In this document: positions 41,040 through 51,520 of the stretch, piece by piece | Layout: every line of letters starts with the position of its first letter | How positions within the stretch are numbered: the stretch's first letter is position 1 | Virus record (IMG/VR): IMGVR_UViG_3300038825_001787 | Strand: one strand, 5' to 3' | Source of the DNA: an uncultured virus (IMG/VR IMGVR_UViG_3300038825_001787) | Taxonomy: Duplodnaviria; Heunggongvirae; Uroviricota; Caudoviricetes | DNA: 64,000 nt | Translations under genes and position numbers: made by a program | The notes under the pieces: model-generated | The model's database searches: none | Seen by the model: only the letters and a program-made list of their open reading frames with translations | Told to the model about the DNA's origin: nothing

Positions 41040-42776
41040 ATGACAGACAAAAATGAACTGAATAATGAATTAAGAATAGCAATAGGTGCGCACATGCCGT
41101 GTCTGGCGATACAATCGCCAGAGACAGATGAGATCATATTTGATGTGGTCCAGCATGCTTGCGTAACGCATGACGTAACACCATTAGTAATGGTGTGGCG
41201 AGTATCAGCAGGCTTTGAAGAGTACGCTGGATACATACAAAACGATGACGAAGAAGAAGTAGTAATAACATCAAAAGTCAGCCCTCTTGTTAGAGGGATT
41301 GACATACGAAAAACCGGAAGAGTTGAGGCTAGTGAAGAAGACTTCCCTGGCTGTCAAGTTCCGTTTGCTGTTAACTACATGACAAATTATGACCCAACAA
41401 CAGAAGGAAGGATGGCTATTTTCATCCTCCGTGATTGGCATAATTACATCGATAGTAATGCAGAATTTATTGACCAACAATTAAATTTGTTTGAAAATAT
41501 ACTACATGGGGATGACAAAACCATCCTCATGCTCAACCCTTCAAGATGGAATGGCGATACAGTTCCTAAGGAACTAAGTGAATTTATACGCGTAGTTGAT
41601 TTTCCTTTGCCGGATAAAGAAACACGAATCGATATAATTGAAACTAATCGCACAAGAATGGCTACAGACGGTGCTTTAGCACCGGAAGCCAACGCCCTTT
41701 TCAGAAATTATTCTGATGATGAATTGGAAACCTTCGCAGACGCCTGCGCGGGTTTGACAAGACAAGCCATTGAAGACGTACTCACTATGTGTGTAGTCGA
41801 AAAAGGCAAATGGGAAGTTGGTTTCATCCTCGATGAAAAAATAAAGAACGTAGAGCGAGCGGGTTTCACCCTGATTCGCCCTACTTCTGGCTTCGAAAAT
41901 ATTGGTGGTTTAACTCCTTTGAAAGAATGGGTTACACTAATATCGAAGCGGTTTACAAATGCTGCGAGAGAGTACGGTTTTATCCGTAACGTTCGCGGAC
42001 TTTTGATGGCTGGTGTCCCTGGTTGTGGTAAAACTGCAATCGCTAAGGCAACAGCCAAAGAAATGAATATGAATTTACTGATGGTAGATGCAACAGACCT
42101 GAAAGGTTCACTTGTTGGTGAATCCGAAGCGAAGGTGCATAGACTATTGGAAATTGCCAAGGCAGCCGCTCCGCTAATCGTCTTCGTTGACGAGGCAGAA
42201 AAGTTACTTGGTAAGGCAGAAGGAATCCACGACGGAGGCGCACACGATGCTGTTCTCGGTCAATTCCTAACGTTCATGCAGGAAGATGACTCAGGAGTGT
42301 TTTTCGTTTTCACAGCGAATAACATGAATAAGTTTGCTCCAGAATTGATAGACCGATTTGAAGGAAGATTCTTTATTGATCTTCCAGAACCCGAAGAAAG
42401 AGAAGAGATTATTAAAATCCACCTGGGATTAAGAAGGCAAGAATTACCTGAGTCTGATACAAAGGACTTAGTTAAACTTACTGCTAACTTTTCAGGTCGA
42501 AACATCGAAGATGGTATTGAAGAAGCCATGACTCGTTCTTTTGACGAAGACCGACCACTTGAAATGAAAGACTTGACTTCTGTATTTGACGTGCTGGTTC
42601 CTACCAGCAAGACAAAGAAAGAAGAAATAGAAATCATGCGATCCTTTGTTGACAATGGATCTATGAGACGAGCAAATGATGTGCAAAAAGCAGCACCCGC
42701 TAGAAGCCGAAAGGGTTCAAGCAGGATCACCACTGTTAGCACACCTGATAGTATAGAGCAAACTGAGTTTGCTTAA
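41040..42776 (+). CDS. AAA+ ATPase, Ycf46/SpoVK-like
   Basis: IGGL..LKEW, Walker A GVPGCGKT, Walker B FVDEAEK, TANN, degenerate N-terminal AAA domain. Confidence 0.9.
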   Translation: MTDKNELNNELRIAIGAHMPCLAIQSPETDEIIFDVVQHACVTHDVTPLVMVWRVSAGFEEYAGYIQNDDEEEVVITSKVSPLVRGIDIRKTGRVEASEEDFPGCQVPFAVNYMTNYDPTTEGRMAIFILRDWHNYIDSNAEFIDQQLNLFENILHGDDKTILMLNPSRWNGDTVPKELSEFIRVVDFPLPDKETRIDIIETNRTRMATDGALAPEANALFRNYSDDELETFADACAGLTRQAIEDVLTMCVVEKGKWEVGFILDEKIKNVERAGFTLIRPTSGFENIGGLTPLKEWVTLISKRFTNAAREYGFIRNVRGLLMAGVPGCGKTAIAKATAKEMNMNLLMVDATDLKGSLVGESEAKVHRLLEIAKAAAPLIVFVDEAEKLLGKAEGIHDGGAHDAVLGQFLTFMQEDDSGVFFVFTANNMNKFAPELIDRFEGRFFIDLPEPEEREEIIKIHLGLRRQELPESDTKDLVKLTANFSGRNIEDGIEEAMTRSFDEDRPLEMKDLTSVFDVLVPTSKTKKEEIEIMRSFVDNGSMRRANDVQKAAPARSRKGSSRITTVSTPDSIEQTEFA

Positions 42777-42818
42777 AAACAAACAAGCCTTTAACTGACC
42801 ACTTAGTGGTCATACTAG

Positions 42819-43502
42819 ATGACAAAGAAAGGATTTGTAAAAGAAGGACTGGAAGCAAAAGTGAACGCAAAGGAGTTATTTACTCCGGCAGACTATTTTT
42901 CCGTTGTCCTATATTATAAAATGATGAAAGAAAAGTTAGAATTGCCAAAAATTCTGTCCAAACGGACAGACTTTAGTGATGCGCCACTAGAACTTGCAGA
43001 AGGTCTAGATGACATCATTCACGCAATGATGAATGAATTTGAAAAGAATAATATTGACCCAAGAGAAGAACAAGTAAATCTTGGAGAATTGAATATCTTT
43101 TCTTTTATTATGCACGACCCTTTGCTGAAACAAGCAATAGGTAATGTAGCAAAGCAGGTTTTTATGCGAGACGAAAGAATCGACCAAGAAACTGCAATTA
43201 AAAAAGCACAGGATGCTCTACCAGATTTGATGGGAGACTTCCAAGAAATTTTTTTACCAAACATGATTTCACGCACTTTACCGCAGATATTCCGCAGAAT
43301 GGATATGCATGGTATTGAGCAGAAGGATGCACTGGAAATGCTAGAGCCACAAGTAGCCACTATTGGCTACGAGGCCATAAGAAAGCACGGGTTTAAAATT
43401 GGTGAAGAACTATCAATAGGACTTTACTTTAAACAACCAGTCATCGACACGACTATGAGTGATGAATCGCGTAAAAGCGATGCAGACTCTATGTTTGGTT
43501 AA
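42819..43502 (+). CDS. hypothetical protein
   Basis: Starts at hairpin+TACTAG-ATG. Confidence 0.7.
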   Translation: MTKKGFVKEGLEAKVNAKELFTPADYFSVVLYYKMMKEKLELPKILSKRTDFSDAPLELAEGLDDIIHAMMNEFEKNNIDPREEQVNLGELNIFSFIMHDPLLKQAIGNVAKQVFMRDERIDQETAIKKAQDALPDLMGDFQEIFLPNMISRTLPQIFRRMDMHGIEQKDALEMLEPQVATIGYEAIRKHGFKIGEELSIGLYFKQPVIDTTMSDESRKSDADSMFG

Positions 43503-43532
43503 TTTGGCCTTTGGCCATACTAGAGGAATAAA

Positions 43533-44264
43533 ATGACAATTGAATTAACAATTAAAATTACCCCAGATGAATTACAAGAACTTGAAAAGAATAAGAGCGC
43601 ACTAATCGCTTTTATTTTGAAGCAAAAAAACACTACCACAATAGTGCAAGGTAATGAAGCAGGCAAGGTGATTGCAGATATGCAAAAGACAAAGGACAAA
43701 CAGGCTGTGGAAGAAGCCAGAAGAACTGCCCTTGAAACAAACCACCAAGTACTCGCTGAAATTATCAGAAACGCCAGAGATTTGAAGACAGTTAAACAGC
43801 AAGCAAAATCCAAGACCTCTCTTAAGAGGCACGAAATTGCTCAGTTGTCTACTGATAAGAAATGGCTTAGAAAACACAAGTTACCTTCTTTACCGGAGGA
43901 TGATGATGTGTTTAGAATGAATGCTAAAGACTTCGAGACTGAAGTAATTAATCATTTCAAGCAACGCTTAACAGGTAATGCTGAAAATGGAGAATATCTC
44001 GAAATTTACTTTTATGAACAGAATGCCAGTGGCGTAGAGTACCGTAATTGGTGCGCTAATATCTTGAAGGATATTGCTAATGGCAAGAAATATGAAGTAT
44101 CTGAAGACAGATTATTTAACACAATAAATGGTATCTTGATGACTTATGTACAGAACCTTCAAAGTACTTTACAGGAAGAAAATGCTTGGACCATTATTGT
44201 AGACTCCGAATACGCTATGATCGTTATTGCACCAGATGGTGCAAAACACATCTTAGCAAACTAA
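43533..44264 (+). CDS. hypothetical protein
   Basis: After hairpin+TACTAG and GAGGA RBS. Confidence 0.7.
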   Translation: MTIELTIKITPDELQELEKNKSALIAFILKQKNTTTIVQGNEAGKVIADMQKTKDKQAVEEARRTALETNHQVLAEIIRNARDLKTVKQQAKSKTSLKRHEIAQLSTDKKWLRKHKLPSLPEDDDVFRMNAKDFETEVINHFKQRLTGNAENGEYLEIYFYEQNASGVEYRNWCANILKDIANGKKYEVSEDRLFNTINGILMTYVQNLQSTLQEENAWTIIVDSEYAMIVIAPDGAKHILAN

Positions 44265-44281
44265 GCCCACGGGCTTTACTA

Positions 44282-44737
44282 GAAAGAAAGAAAGAACTGA
44301 GGCAGTTAATGCCAATGACGTTTTTTTCCAAGAGTTTACAACTAAACAGACAAAGTACAGAACACATTTCACAATTACGTGCTGAGAAACGTATTTTCAG
44401 AACTTCTAAAAATACAATTAGAAGTGCGGCAATATGTAAAATTGTGTCCTCGGTCTTTTCCGCTTAGTTGTAACTCTGGAAAAAATTCTGCTTATGCACG
44501 GCAAAAACGTCTAGCAACTTTTCACGAGGAACGTATTAATAAAATAACCGAGATCTGGCAATAGTAAAGCCAAGACTCTACAGCGCAGACGCGCAAAGAC
44601 AACAAAGTTGGGTTATTTTTGATTAATACGAATCTCGAGCAAAACTTGTCTAGGAAATTTTTGTCCCTCCCCGATAAGTCGGGATGTGCTATTTGGAATA
44701 AATCCAAAACCGCAGAATAATATAGTTTCTTTCACTA
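44282..44737 (+). ncRNA. K-turn-headed RNA with terminal stem
   Basis: K-turn at 44297-44320; ends GAAAGAAA/TTTCTTTC-ACTA. Confidence 0.6.
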
Positions 44738-44750
44738 GGAGAGACAGAAA

Positions 44751-45608
44751 ATGAATAAAAAAATATTTTCAATCGCACCCAGTTTCAACTGCCAACTCAG
44801 TTGCGAAGGGTGCTACTTAACAACAGATGTTACAAAAGAGATGAGAAATGCAACCAAGTCAGAAGCATACTATTTACGAGCAATTGAAACTGCTGCGGAA
44901 AATGGTTACACTGACTTTGCAATAACATGGAACCCATTTCCTGGGTCCTTTGAGATGACTAAAAAATATATACTGTACGCCAAAAGTTTGGGTTTCAACA
45001 CAAGTGTAACAACTGTGATGAGCACACTCGATGAAGTGGACGATGAAGATTTTTACAACAACTTAGATGTTCTAACTATCTCAGTAGACGATATGCGATT
45101 TGCAAGCATACGGAACTTTATTACCGAAAATCCGAACCGATTTGATTTGACAAAGAATCCTGCTCTTGTAATTAATTACAATTTACTTTGGACCCCAACG
45201 GTCTTTGAATGGCTTTATGAAAATGAAGACGAATTTGGAGAAATGTTGGAGTCTATTAATTACCCGAACACTGTACAACACCTAATTTACAAACCACTCT
45301 CGATTTACGAGCAGCAAGGTTTTAACTTTTGGGAAAACTACCAACGAGTATTCACAGAATATCCGTGGGTAAACATTACCGGAGACGGTAAAAAATACAT
45401 TGGAGATATTGCTCTAAACAACCTACTTGGAATTAACAACTGCCCTGGAGAAGATTTCCAGATGGTAGACGTTGACCCAATGGGCCAAGTTAGACGATGT
45501 CCAGAAAACCCCATCTCATATGATGGTGGTGATATTTACAAATTGTCCCAACTGCTTGCAGGTGGTACTAATTGTAAATCAGAAAAATGTAATTGTATCA
45601 CTGGTTGA
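44751..45608 (+). CDS. radical SAM protein
   Basis: CQLSCEGC (CxxxCxxC) and C-terminal SPASM/twitch-like cysteines. Confidence 0.8.
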   Translation: MNKKIFSIAPSFNCQLSCEGCYLTTDVTKEMRNATKSEAYYLRAIETAAENGYTDFAITWNPFPGSFEMTKKYILYAKSLGFNTSVTTVMSTLDEVDDEDFYNNLDVLTISVDDMRFASIRNFITENPNRFDLTKNPALVINYNLLWTPTVFEWLYENEDEFGEMLESINYPNTVQHLIYKPLSIYEQQGFNFWENYQRVFTEYPWVNITGDGKKYIGDIALNNLLGINNCPGEDFQMVDVDPMGQVRRCPENPISYDGGDIYKLSQLLAGGTNCKSEKCNCITG

Positions 45609-45616
45609 TACTACTA

Positions 45617-45738
45617 GGAGGAGTGAGCATAATTTTACAAGTTATGGTTCTTGTTTTATTGTCTCTTTTTTTAAATAGAGGTAGCAGTTGCTTGTGATGA
45701 GCAAACTACCTTTTTCATCAATGCTCACTTCTCCAACA
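45617..45738 (+). ncRNA. small RNA closed by a 14-bp terminal stem
   Basis: GGAGGAGTGAGCAT/ATGCTCACTTCTCC-AACA. Confidence 0.55.
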
Positions 45739-45768
45739 GATGAGTAAGAGACAAAAAACCAACAACTA

Positions 45769-46058
45769 GGAAGAGTAAAATCTGAGATCTAAAATCAATG
45801 ACGAAACGCCTCAACACCGGCGACTATAGATACGTGCCGATTTCTTATCCCGCCGATAAGAACCGTCGGAGTAGAGTATGCACTCTACACCTGCACCGTG
45901 AAAATAAATTTCACGTCAATAGTCGGAAACCCGGATTATGAGACGTCTCAGAACAACCAGACCACAAACGTGTCTGCCATAACCTGCCCTTTGGGGTCAG
46001 ACTATGGTGCCTGACATGCGTCAGTCAGTTGCCCTGAGAATATAGAAACTTCCAACTA
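45769..46058 (+). ncRNA. K-turn-headed RNA with terminal stem
   Basis: K-turn at 45782-45803; GGAAG/CTTCC-AACTA. Confidence 0.55.
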
Positions 46059-46346
46059 GAATGAGTAAAACACACTGAAGCCGAGAGGCTAATGACGTAT
46101 GGCGTCAGAGCCTGAACGGGGATAAACCCCTTGTCAGTCTACACTGGCAAAGCCTCAACAATACGTGAAGATACATTACATCCGCAAAACGATGTTTTTC
46201 GGTCTTCATCGACTGTTGAACGTTCTGACACCAGTGATAATATTACACTATCAAGATAAACTTGACGTGGTTCAAAGGCTCAATGAACTATCGTCACTCG
46301 AACTCGTGACTCATAATATTATCACATTAGGACTTACCATTCACTA
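46059..46346 (+). ncRNA. K-turn-headed RNA with terminal stem
   Basis: CTGA-AGCC-GAGA-GGCT-AAT-GACG at 46075-46097; GAATG/CATTC-ACTA. Confidence 0.6.
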
Positions 46347-46902
46347 GAAGAGTTAGATTAAACTACTGAGGCCGCAAGGCCGATGACGTAGTGTTAACCA
46401 TCGTTACAAAAGTGCACAATTCATGTAAGAGTAAAACCTTAGACCTGGTCTTATTCTTCGTGACACTTATGTAACGATAGTTAACACTGCACACCTGAAG
46501 GCGGCAAACAACAACACCCTTTGATAACGGGTAAACAAAAATTGTTTCTGCGATTTTGGCCTAAAAACCAACATTAACATTTGTGTAAGTTTTTTTGAGA
46601 AAGATTGAGGTTAGAAACAGCACTCTGAAGCGTGCAGTTCTAGCCTAGGGAAGACATCGTTACTTTAGACCCTGTTAAGGTCACCCCTAGTATTTCTAGA
46701 GGTGCAGTCCTCATACTTTGCATCCGCAAAGCACAAGGTGGTCGCGGAACATTCCGCTCAACACTATAAAAGGGATAATCCTCAACACGGTACTAAATTA
46801 AGCGATTCTTACCTAAAAGACAAGACACAGACCAATGGCGAATGCTAATGCATATCACGGATTGGACTTTCTCAAAAAAACAATATAGTTTACTCTTCAC
46901 CA
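46347..46902 (+). ncRNA. K-turn-headed RNA with terminal stem
   Basis: ACTACTGA-GGCC-GCAA-GGCC-GAT-GACGTAGT; GAAGAGT/ACTCTTC-ACCA. Confidence 0.65.
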
Positions 46903-46914
46903 GAAGGAGATAAT

Positions 46915-47190
46915 ATGTCAGATAATACATCAATATTTGTACGATACACCAGAAAACGCCATGAGTTCGAAGTTGCTCACCTAGAAATGGGTGAACAATT
47001 TGACGAACCATGTTGGATTGACTGTGCGACATTTCGCACAGAAAGCACTGCACTAAAATCTGCAGTAAACCTTTATGTTAATTTATTACACGATGACCGA
47101 GCACCAGAATATGGTATAACGCCATTATACGATGCCGACAACCTAATACCAAAGGAACAAAAAACTTTGAAATCATGGGTGGAGGCTTAA
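46915..47190 (+). CDS. hypothetical protein
   Basis: AGGAG RBS after the junction. Confidence 0.6.
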   Translation: MSDNTSIFVRYTRKRHEFEVAHLEMGEQFDEPCWIDCATFRTESTALKSAVNLYVNLLHDDRAPEYGITPLYDADNLIPKEQKTLKSWVEA

Positions 47191-47364
47191 GTATGGAAGA
47201 AAAACTTGATCAACTAATTAACTTACAAAAAGCAAACAATACTTTGCTTAACGAGATTAAAAAATCTATTGAAGTTTTCAGCGACTTCGTGCTAGAGGTC
47301 AAGCCTCAAGATGCACGAGAAGAAATTGAAAAACTTAAATAAATACAGTCTCTACTAGATTATT

Positions 47365-48933
47365 ATGGAAACACGAACATTAATTAATATTGGACACGAA
47401 GAAACTGGAACTGGCCTAACTACACCACTAACTCTATTTGAGGAGGGTGTTGAAGACTGGGAATTCAGAAGACGAGCGTACCAAGATTTTATGGCGGTGT
47501 TTCTAAAACAAGATCACAATATCGAAAAAGCATACATACAAGTAAAAGATGACAACATATCTATTACTTTACATGGCTTTAGCGGTAATGTGTTTTTTGT
47601 TAAATTTAACAAACCGCCTCGAACACAAGTTCCCGTTATGGGTGACTTTTTGTTAGAGGGAACTGCAAATGCAGCATGGATGCGCGCGTTTTACGCGGCA
47701 TGTGATCGATGGAACCTAGAGAATAACAATCCTCATAACAGATATTCCGTAGAATCAAGAATGACTGGATTAAGGGTACCGATTAGCCCCTCTCGTAGTA
47801 TGAACTACCAGCAAGGCGAGGTATATGATCTAAGTAGAGTCAGAGAAAATTTCCAACTTAATATGGGACTCTCTGGCTTTTCGATTCCTATATCATGGAG
47901 TCCAATAACTGGTGCGAATGGTGTTTTCAAAGACCTTTCTACCACAACGGGCACCCAATTGCAAACTGGCTTTGGCCGCACTGATGGCGGTGCAGAAACC
48001 AGTTACATCGAACATCTTCGGACATTCGGTGAAAACACAAACCAACGGCGAATGCTAAATTTAACACTGATCCCACACGTATCATGGATGCATGTGGGAC
48101 AAGGAGGATACCGCCAATCTGCTATGAGGCCAGTTTCAATAAATCTGGTCTTTGCTAGGAAAACAGAAAGCATTGTTAAAGATGCACTACCAAATGATTA
48201 CGATACTGCTACGTTGGCTTTCCTATGTGAAATGCCACTAGGCACAATACGTAGAGGGATGACTAAAATAAAGAAAACTAAACCCTTCGGTAGAATGACA
48301 CTCCATTACGATACTGATAGTGAAAAAATACTATCAAGAATAACAAATGGAGAGAATGAAGTCCAAAGAACTTCTATAGGTAATAATATAATATACAGTA
48401 CCCCTAATATTACAGGTACTAGTAGTATAACTTACCCAACGTGGTTTGATTTCATAGAGACAAACAAAACTTCAGTACCCTCTGTAAAAAGTCTTCTAAA
48501 CCTTCGCGGATTAGGTAGACTATCAGAAAGCAATCAGGATGACCATCCTGTTACTGAATTAATTGGTGCCACCACAAATGGTGCACTTGTTTATGGCTTA
48601 AAAAACAATGATTTTACTATCATGACCACACTGACTACTTTAGGTCACGCGGAAGAACACACCGCAGATGTCCTAAGTTCAGTTGGCGTGAATAAAAAAT
48701 CGGTTCGCCAGCCGGCTCAAGCAAATGCTGAGTCTGTCGAAAAGGAAATTGAAACACCAAAGGAATATGAAACTGAACCATTTTACATTAAGTGGAAAGA
48801 AGTTTCCGATGAATACAGAACCCAACGAGGAGAGATTCCCGTTAGAAACATACAAAAGGTATTCCTCGATTATTGCTTAACGTCACCAAGCGTGACAGAT
48901 GAAGACAAGGAAGAATTTAAGCGACTCAAGTAA
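47365..48933 (+). CDS. hypothetical protein
   Basis: 522-aa ORF after TACTAG. Confidence 0.75.
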   Translation: METRTLINIGHEETGTGLTTPLTLFEEGVEDWEFRRRAYQDFMAVFLKQDHNIEKAYIQVKDDNISITLHGFSGNVFFVKFNKPPRTQVPVMGDFLLEGTANAAWMRAFYAACDRWNLENNNPHNRYSVESRMTGLRVPISPSRSMNYQQGEVYDLSRVRENFQLNMGLSGFSIPISWSPITGANGVFKDLSTTTGTQLQTGFGRTDGGAETSYIEHLRTFGENTNQRRMLNLTLIPHVSWMHVGQGGYRQSAMRPVSINLVFARKTESIVKDALPNDYDTATLAFLCEMPLGTIRRGMTKIKKTKPFGRMTLHYDTDSEKILSRITNGENEVQRTSIGNNIIYSTPNITGTSSITYPTWFDFIETNKTSVPSVKSLLNLRGLGRLSESNQDDHPVTELIGATTNGALVYGLKNNDFTIMTTLTTLGHAEEHTADVLSSVGVNKKSVRQPAQANAESVEKEIETPKEYETEPFYIKWKEVSDEYRTQRGEIPVRNIQKVFLDYCLTSPSVTDEDKEEFKRLK

Positions 48934-48955
48934 TTGAGTTGTTTTACTAGATAAC

Positions 48956-49552
48956 ATGGGAACAAGAAATTTAACCATAGTGAAGCACAATGAAGAGATA
49001 AAAGTAGCACAATACTGCCAATGGGACGGATATCCGGACTCAGCAGGTTTGTACATACTGAATTTCTTACAACGGCTCGTTAGACCAGACTTCATAGATA
49101 AATTAGAGCAATGCTCTTGGGCTACTACAGAAGACCTGGTAAAAATGGACGAAATTATTGGAAGTATTGAAGAAAATAATTTAACAATACACGCCGATAC
49201 TTGGCATGCAGTATTTCCTGCATTCCATAGAAACACTGGTTGTCGTATACTCGAATTAATTTGTCCACCATATGGTGGGCCTAAGAGAGTGCTATTACAA
49301 AATAGTTTTAAATTTGGAGGAGACAAAATCTTTTGCGAATGGGCATGGGTAATTGACCTGGACTCGAATCAACTAGAAGTGTATTCTTCTAGCGACGGTT
49401 CCAAGGGCATATTCGAAGACCTAGACGATCCGGTTAGATTAACCGTTTCATGGGACTTAGACAACCTACCAACCCCAGAAGACTTTATTACTTACTTCGA
49501 TAAACTAGCAGCCGAACAAGAACGACTTTGGCGTGCAAACAACAACCAATAA
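48956..49552 (+). CDS. conserved phage-type hypothetical protein
   Basis: MGTR.L....QY.QWDGYP and CEWAWVIDLD motifs. Confidence 0.7.
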   Translation: MGTRNLTIVKHNEEIKVAQYCQWDGYPDSAGLYILNFLQRLVRPDFIDKLEQCSWATTEDLVKMDEIIGSIEENNLTIHADTWHAVFPAFHRNTGCRILELICPPYGGPKRVLLQNSFKFGGDKIFCEWAWVIDLDSNQLEVYSSSDGSKGIFEDLDDPVRLTVSWDLDNLPTPEDFITYFDKLAAEQERLWRANNNQ

Positions 49553-49584
49553 AGAACACAAGTTCTTTTACTAGAGAGATTATT

Positions 49585-50367
49585 ATGTACGAGAATAACA
49601 ATAATGATGAAGAAAAACAGAAACTTGCCGACAAAATAGACAAAATTGTCAATGGCGAGGTAGATGCCAGGATTGGAGACTGGGACTTAACTGATGAGCG
49701 CATACTAAGCGTTTGTGACGGTTTAGTCAGCGAATATACTATTAACAAATTTATTTGCAGTCCAAGTAGCACTTTGGTTAAATCCAATAAGCACATATCC
49801 GAAGCATACTCTAATGTCGATTGTCGGTTTATTATGACCGCAGTCGCAGAAAAATACCTCAACGTAAACCCTGCTGATGTAGATTTGCGTTTGGAGGAGA
49901 TGAAGGAATTTTATGTAAAAAGAAACCTGAAAGAATACAAATTCAGGAATTGTCTGTCTAACGGTGCTATTGACAAGCACTGGGGAAACAGACCGCATGA
50001 ATTAGCAATCATGGAATGGAGATGGGACAATGGTTTGGCGTTCATGGACTACAAGGAACGGGTGATAACATACCTAACCAACGTAGCCGGACTGATAGCC
50101 GACGCAGAAGCAGAAAATGCAATTAAGAGAGTGTTTCATATACACTCCGCAACTGCTTTACTGCAGAAAGATTTCAAAACCCTATCAAACCATGACATAA
50201 TGAAGAGTGGGCTGATAAGTCGCTCTACAAAGAAAGCAATTGGTGATTTTGCCAATGGTAGGCTTTCTCTTGATAAAATTGCGAAAGACCAAATATATCG
50301 AAACTGGCTCGAATCACGAAGTGAAAAAGAGTTAGATGATGAATGGGAGAACAGAGATTCCAATTAA
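49585..50367 (+). CDS. hypothetical protein
   Basis: Start reassigned to the ATG after the junction. Confidence 0.7.
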   Translation: MYENNNNDEEKQKLADKIDKIVNGEVDARIGDWDLTDERILSVCDGLVSEYTINKFICSPSSTLVKSNKHISEAYSNVDCRFIMTAVAEKYLNVNPADVDLRLEEMKEFYVKRNLKEYKFRNCLSNGAIDKHWGNRPHELAIMEWRWDNGLAFMDYKERVITYLTNVAGLIADAEAENAIKRVFHIHSATALLQKDFKTLSNHDIMKSGLISRSTKKAIGDFANGRLSLDKIAKDQIYRNWLESRSEKELDDEWENRDSN

Positions 50368-50386
50368 TGGGCGAAAGCCTTACTAG

Positions 50387-50755
50387 ATGCTTAACAGAAA
50401 TACGCAATTAACAAATGCTGCGCGCATAGAACTGCATAAAGAAACACTTGATGAACTACACACCGATTTCAAAATTGGTAAAAAGTTCTTAGAAATAAAT
50501 CAATACTTTATCAGACGTAATGCACAAAATACCACAGACTCACCTGAGTCGGTAGCGCACTTTAAAAGAATGATAAAAGCAAAAACATCCAATGTTTTTG
50601 CAGATTCTTACGCGAGTTACTATGGTGGGTTAACACCTCACGTTGTAATGAGTTCAGTCGAGTTCTTGTCAGAACAAGACCCAGACTGGATGGAAGCAAA
50701 TTTCAGTGGCTTAATGATGTTTTATAGACATCAGCAAGCAGAAATGACGGAGTGA
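50387..50755 (+). CDS. hypothetical protein
   Basis: Hairpin+TACTAG-ATG. Confidence 0.65.
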   Translation: MLNRNTQLTNAARIELHKETLDELHTDFKIGKKFLEINQYFIRRNAQNTTDSPESVAHFKRMIKAKTSNVFADSYASYYGGLTPHVVMSSVEFLSEQDPDWMEANFSGLMMFYRHQQAEMTE

Positions 50756-50761
50756 TAAAAC

Positions 50762-51259
50762 ATGGCAGGAAAAAAGTCTAGACTCGACAGTTCCGTAAAT
50801 CCCTATTCTTCCTTAAAGAAGACAAAGGCTATGCGCACGCTTGACGAATTTATTGACATAAAAAATGTGAGTCCTGCTCAAATCAAAGGCTCAAACCCAC
50901 CTAATTTCAAATACATTGATAAAAATGGTGCAGTTTATACCTTTGAAGTAAGAAATACCGATAAATATTGTACTACTTATTTGTGTACAAGAAAATCTAG
51001 ACCCGATAGATTGGTCGAACAAATAGAAATTTTGAATTATTGGAAACAATTCAACCTAGAAGTTGAATGTATAAATTACACACACTTAATCCCAGTTAGA
51101 GCAAAATGGATGGACACTATTGTGGCCTCTAGATTGCCCAGAGGAATCACCGACCACTTAAGTAGGACAGAATATGTCGTGCCAAATTGGATACGCAGTA
51201 AACTGCTTATGATAACTGATTCTAACGGCTTAACACTGAATTTAGAGGAGGAGTTTTAA
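50762..51259 (+). CDS. hypothetical protein
   Basis: 165-aa ORF. Confidence 0.65.
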   Translation: MAGKKSRLDSSVNPYSSLKKTKAMRTLDEFIDIKNVSPAQIKGSNPPNFKYIDKNGAVYTFEVRNTDKYCTTYLCTRKSRPDRLVEQIEILNYWKQFNLEVECINYTHLIPVRAKWMDTIVASRLPRGITDHLSRTEYVVPNWIRSKLLMITDSNGLTLNLEEEF

Positions 51260-51282
51260 CTACCTCTTCTTACTAGAGTACC

Positions 51283-51498
51283 ATGAGTAAAAAAGGAATT
51301 TTTGAAAATATAACAGGCATGTGGAAAAGACGCAAGAGCATAGGAGGAGTTACAGAAACCCACTTCTATGGTCAAATTAGGGATACTATTACCCTGAGTC
51401 CAGGCGATAAAATCCATATGTATGAAACAAGGGCCAAAGATAGAAATGCGAAATCACCGCAGTTTCACTTAAAGGTTCTACGCAAAGATAATGAATGA
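51283..51498 (+). CDS. small beta-rich basic protein (possible ssDNA-binding)
   Basis: GMWK...FYGQI...KSPQFHL pattern. Confidence 0.45.
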   Translation: MSKKGIFENITGMWKRRKSIGGVTETHFYGQIRDTITLSPGDKIHMYETRAKDRNAKSPQFHLKVLRKDNE

Positions 51499-51520
51499 TC
51501 TATTTATTACTTGCTACTAG

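Noticed and set aside
44186..46347. Short track ORFs over the K-turn units (44186-44467, 44379-44564, 46165-46347)
   Set aside because: No RBS or junction-linked start, atypical composition, and overlap with strongly paired RNA structure.
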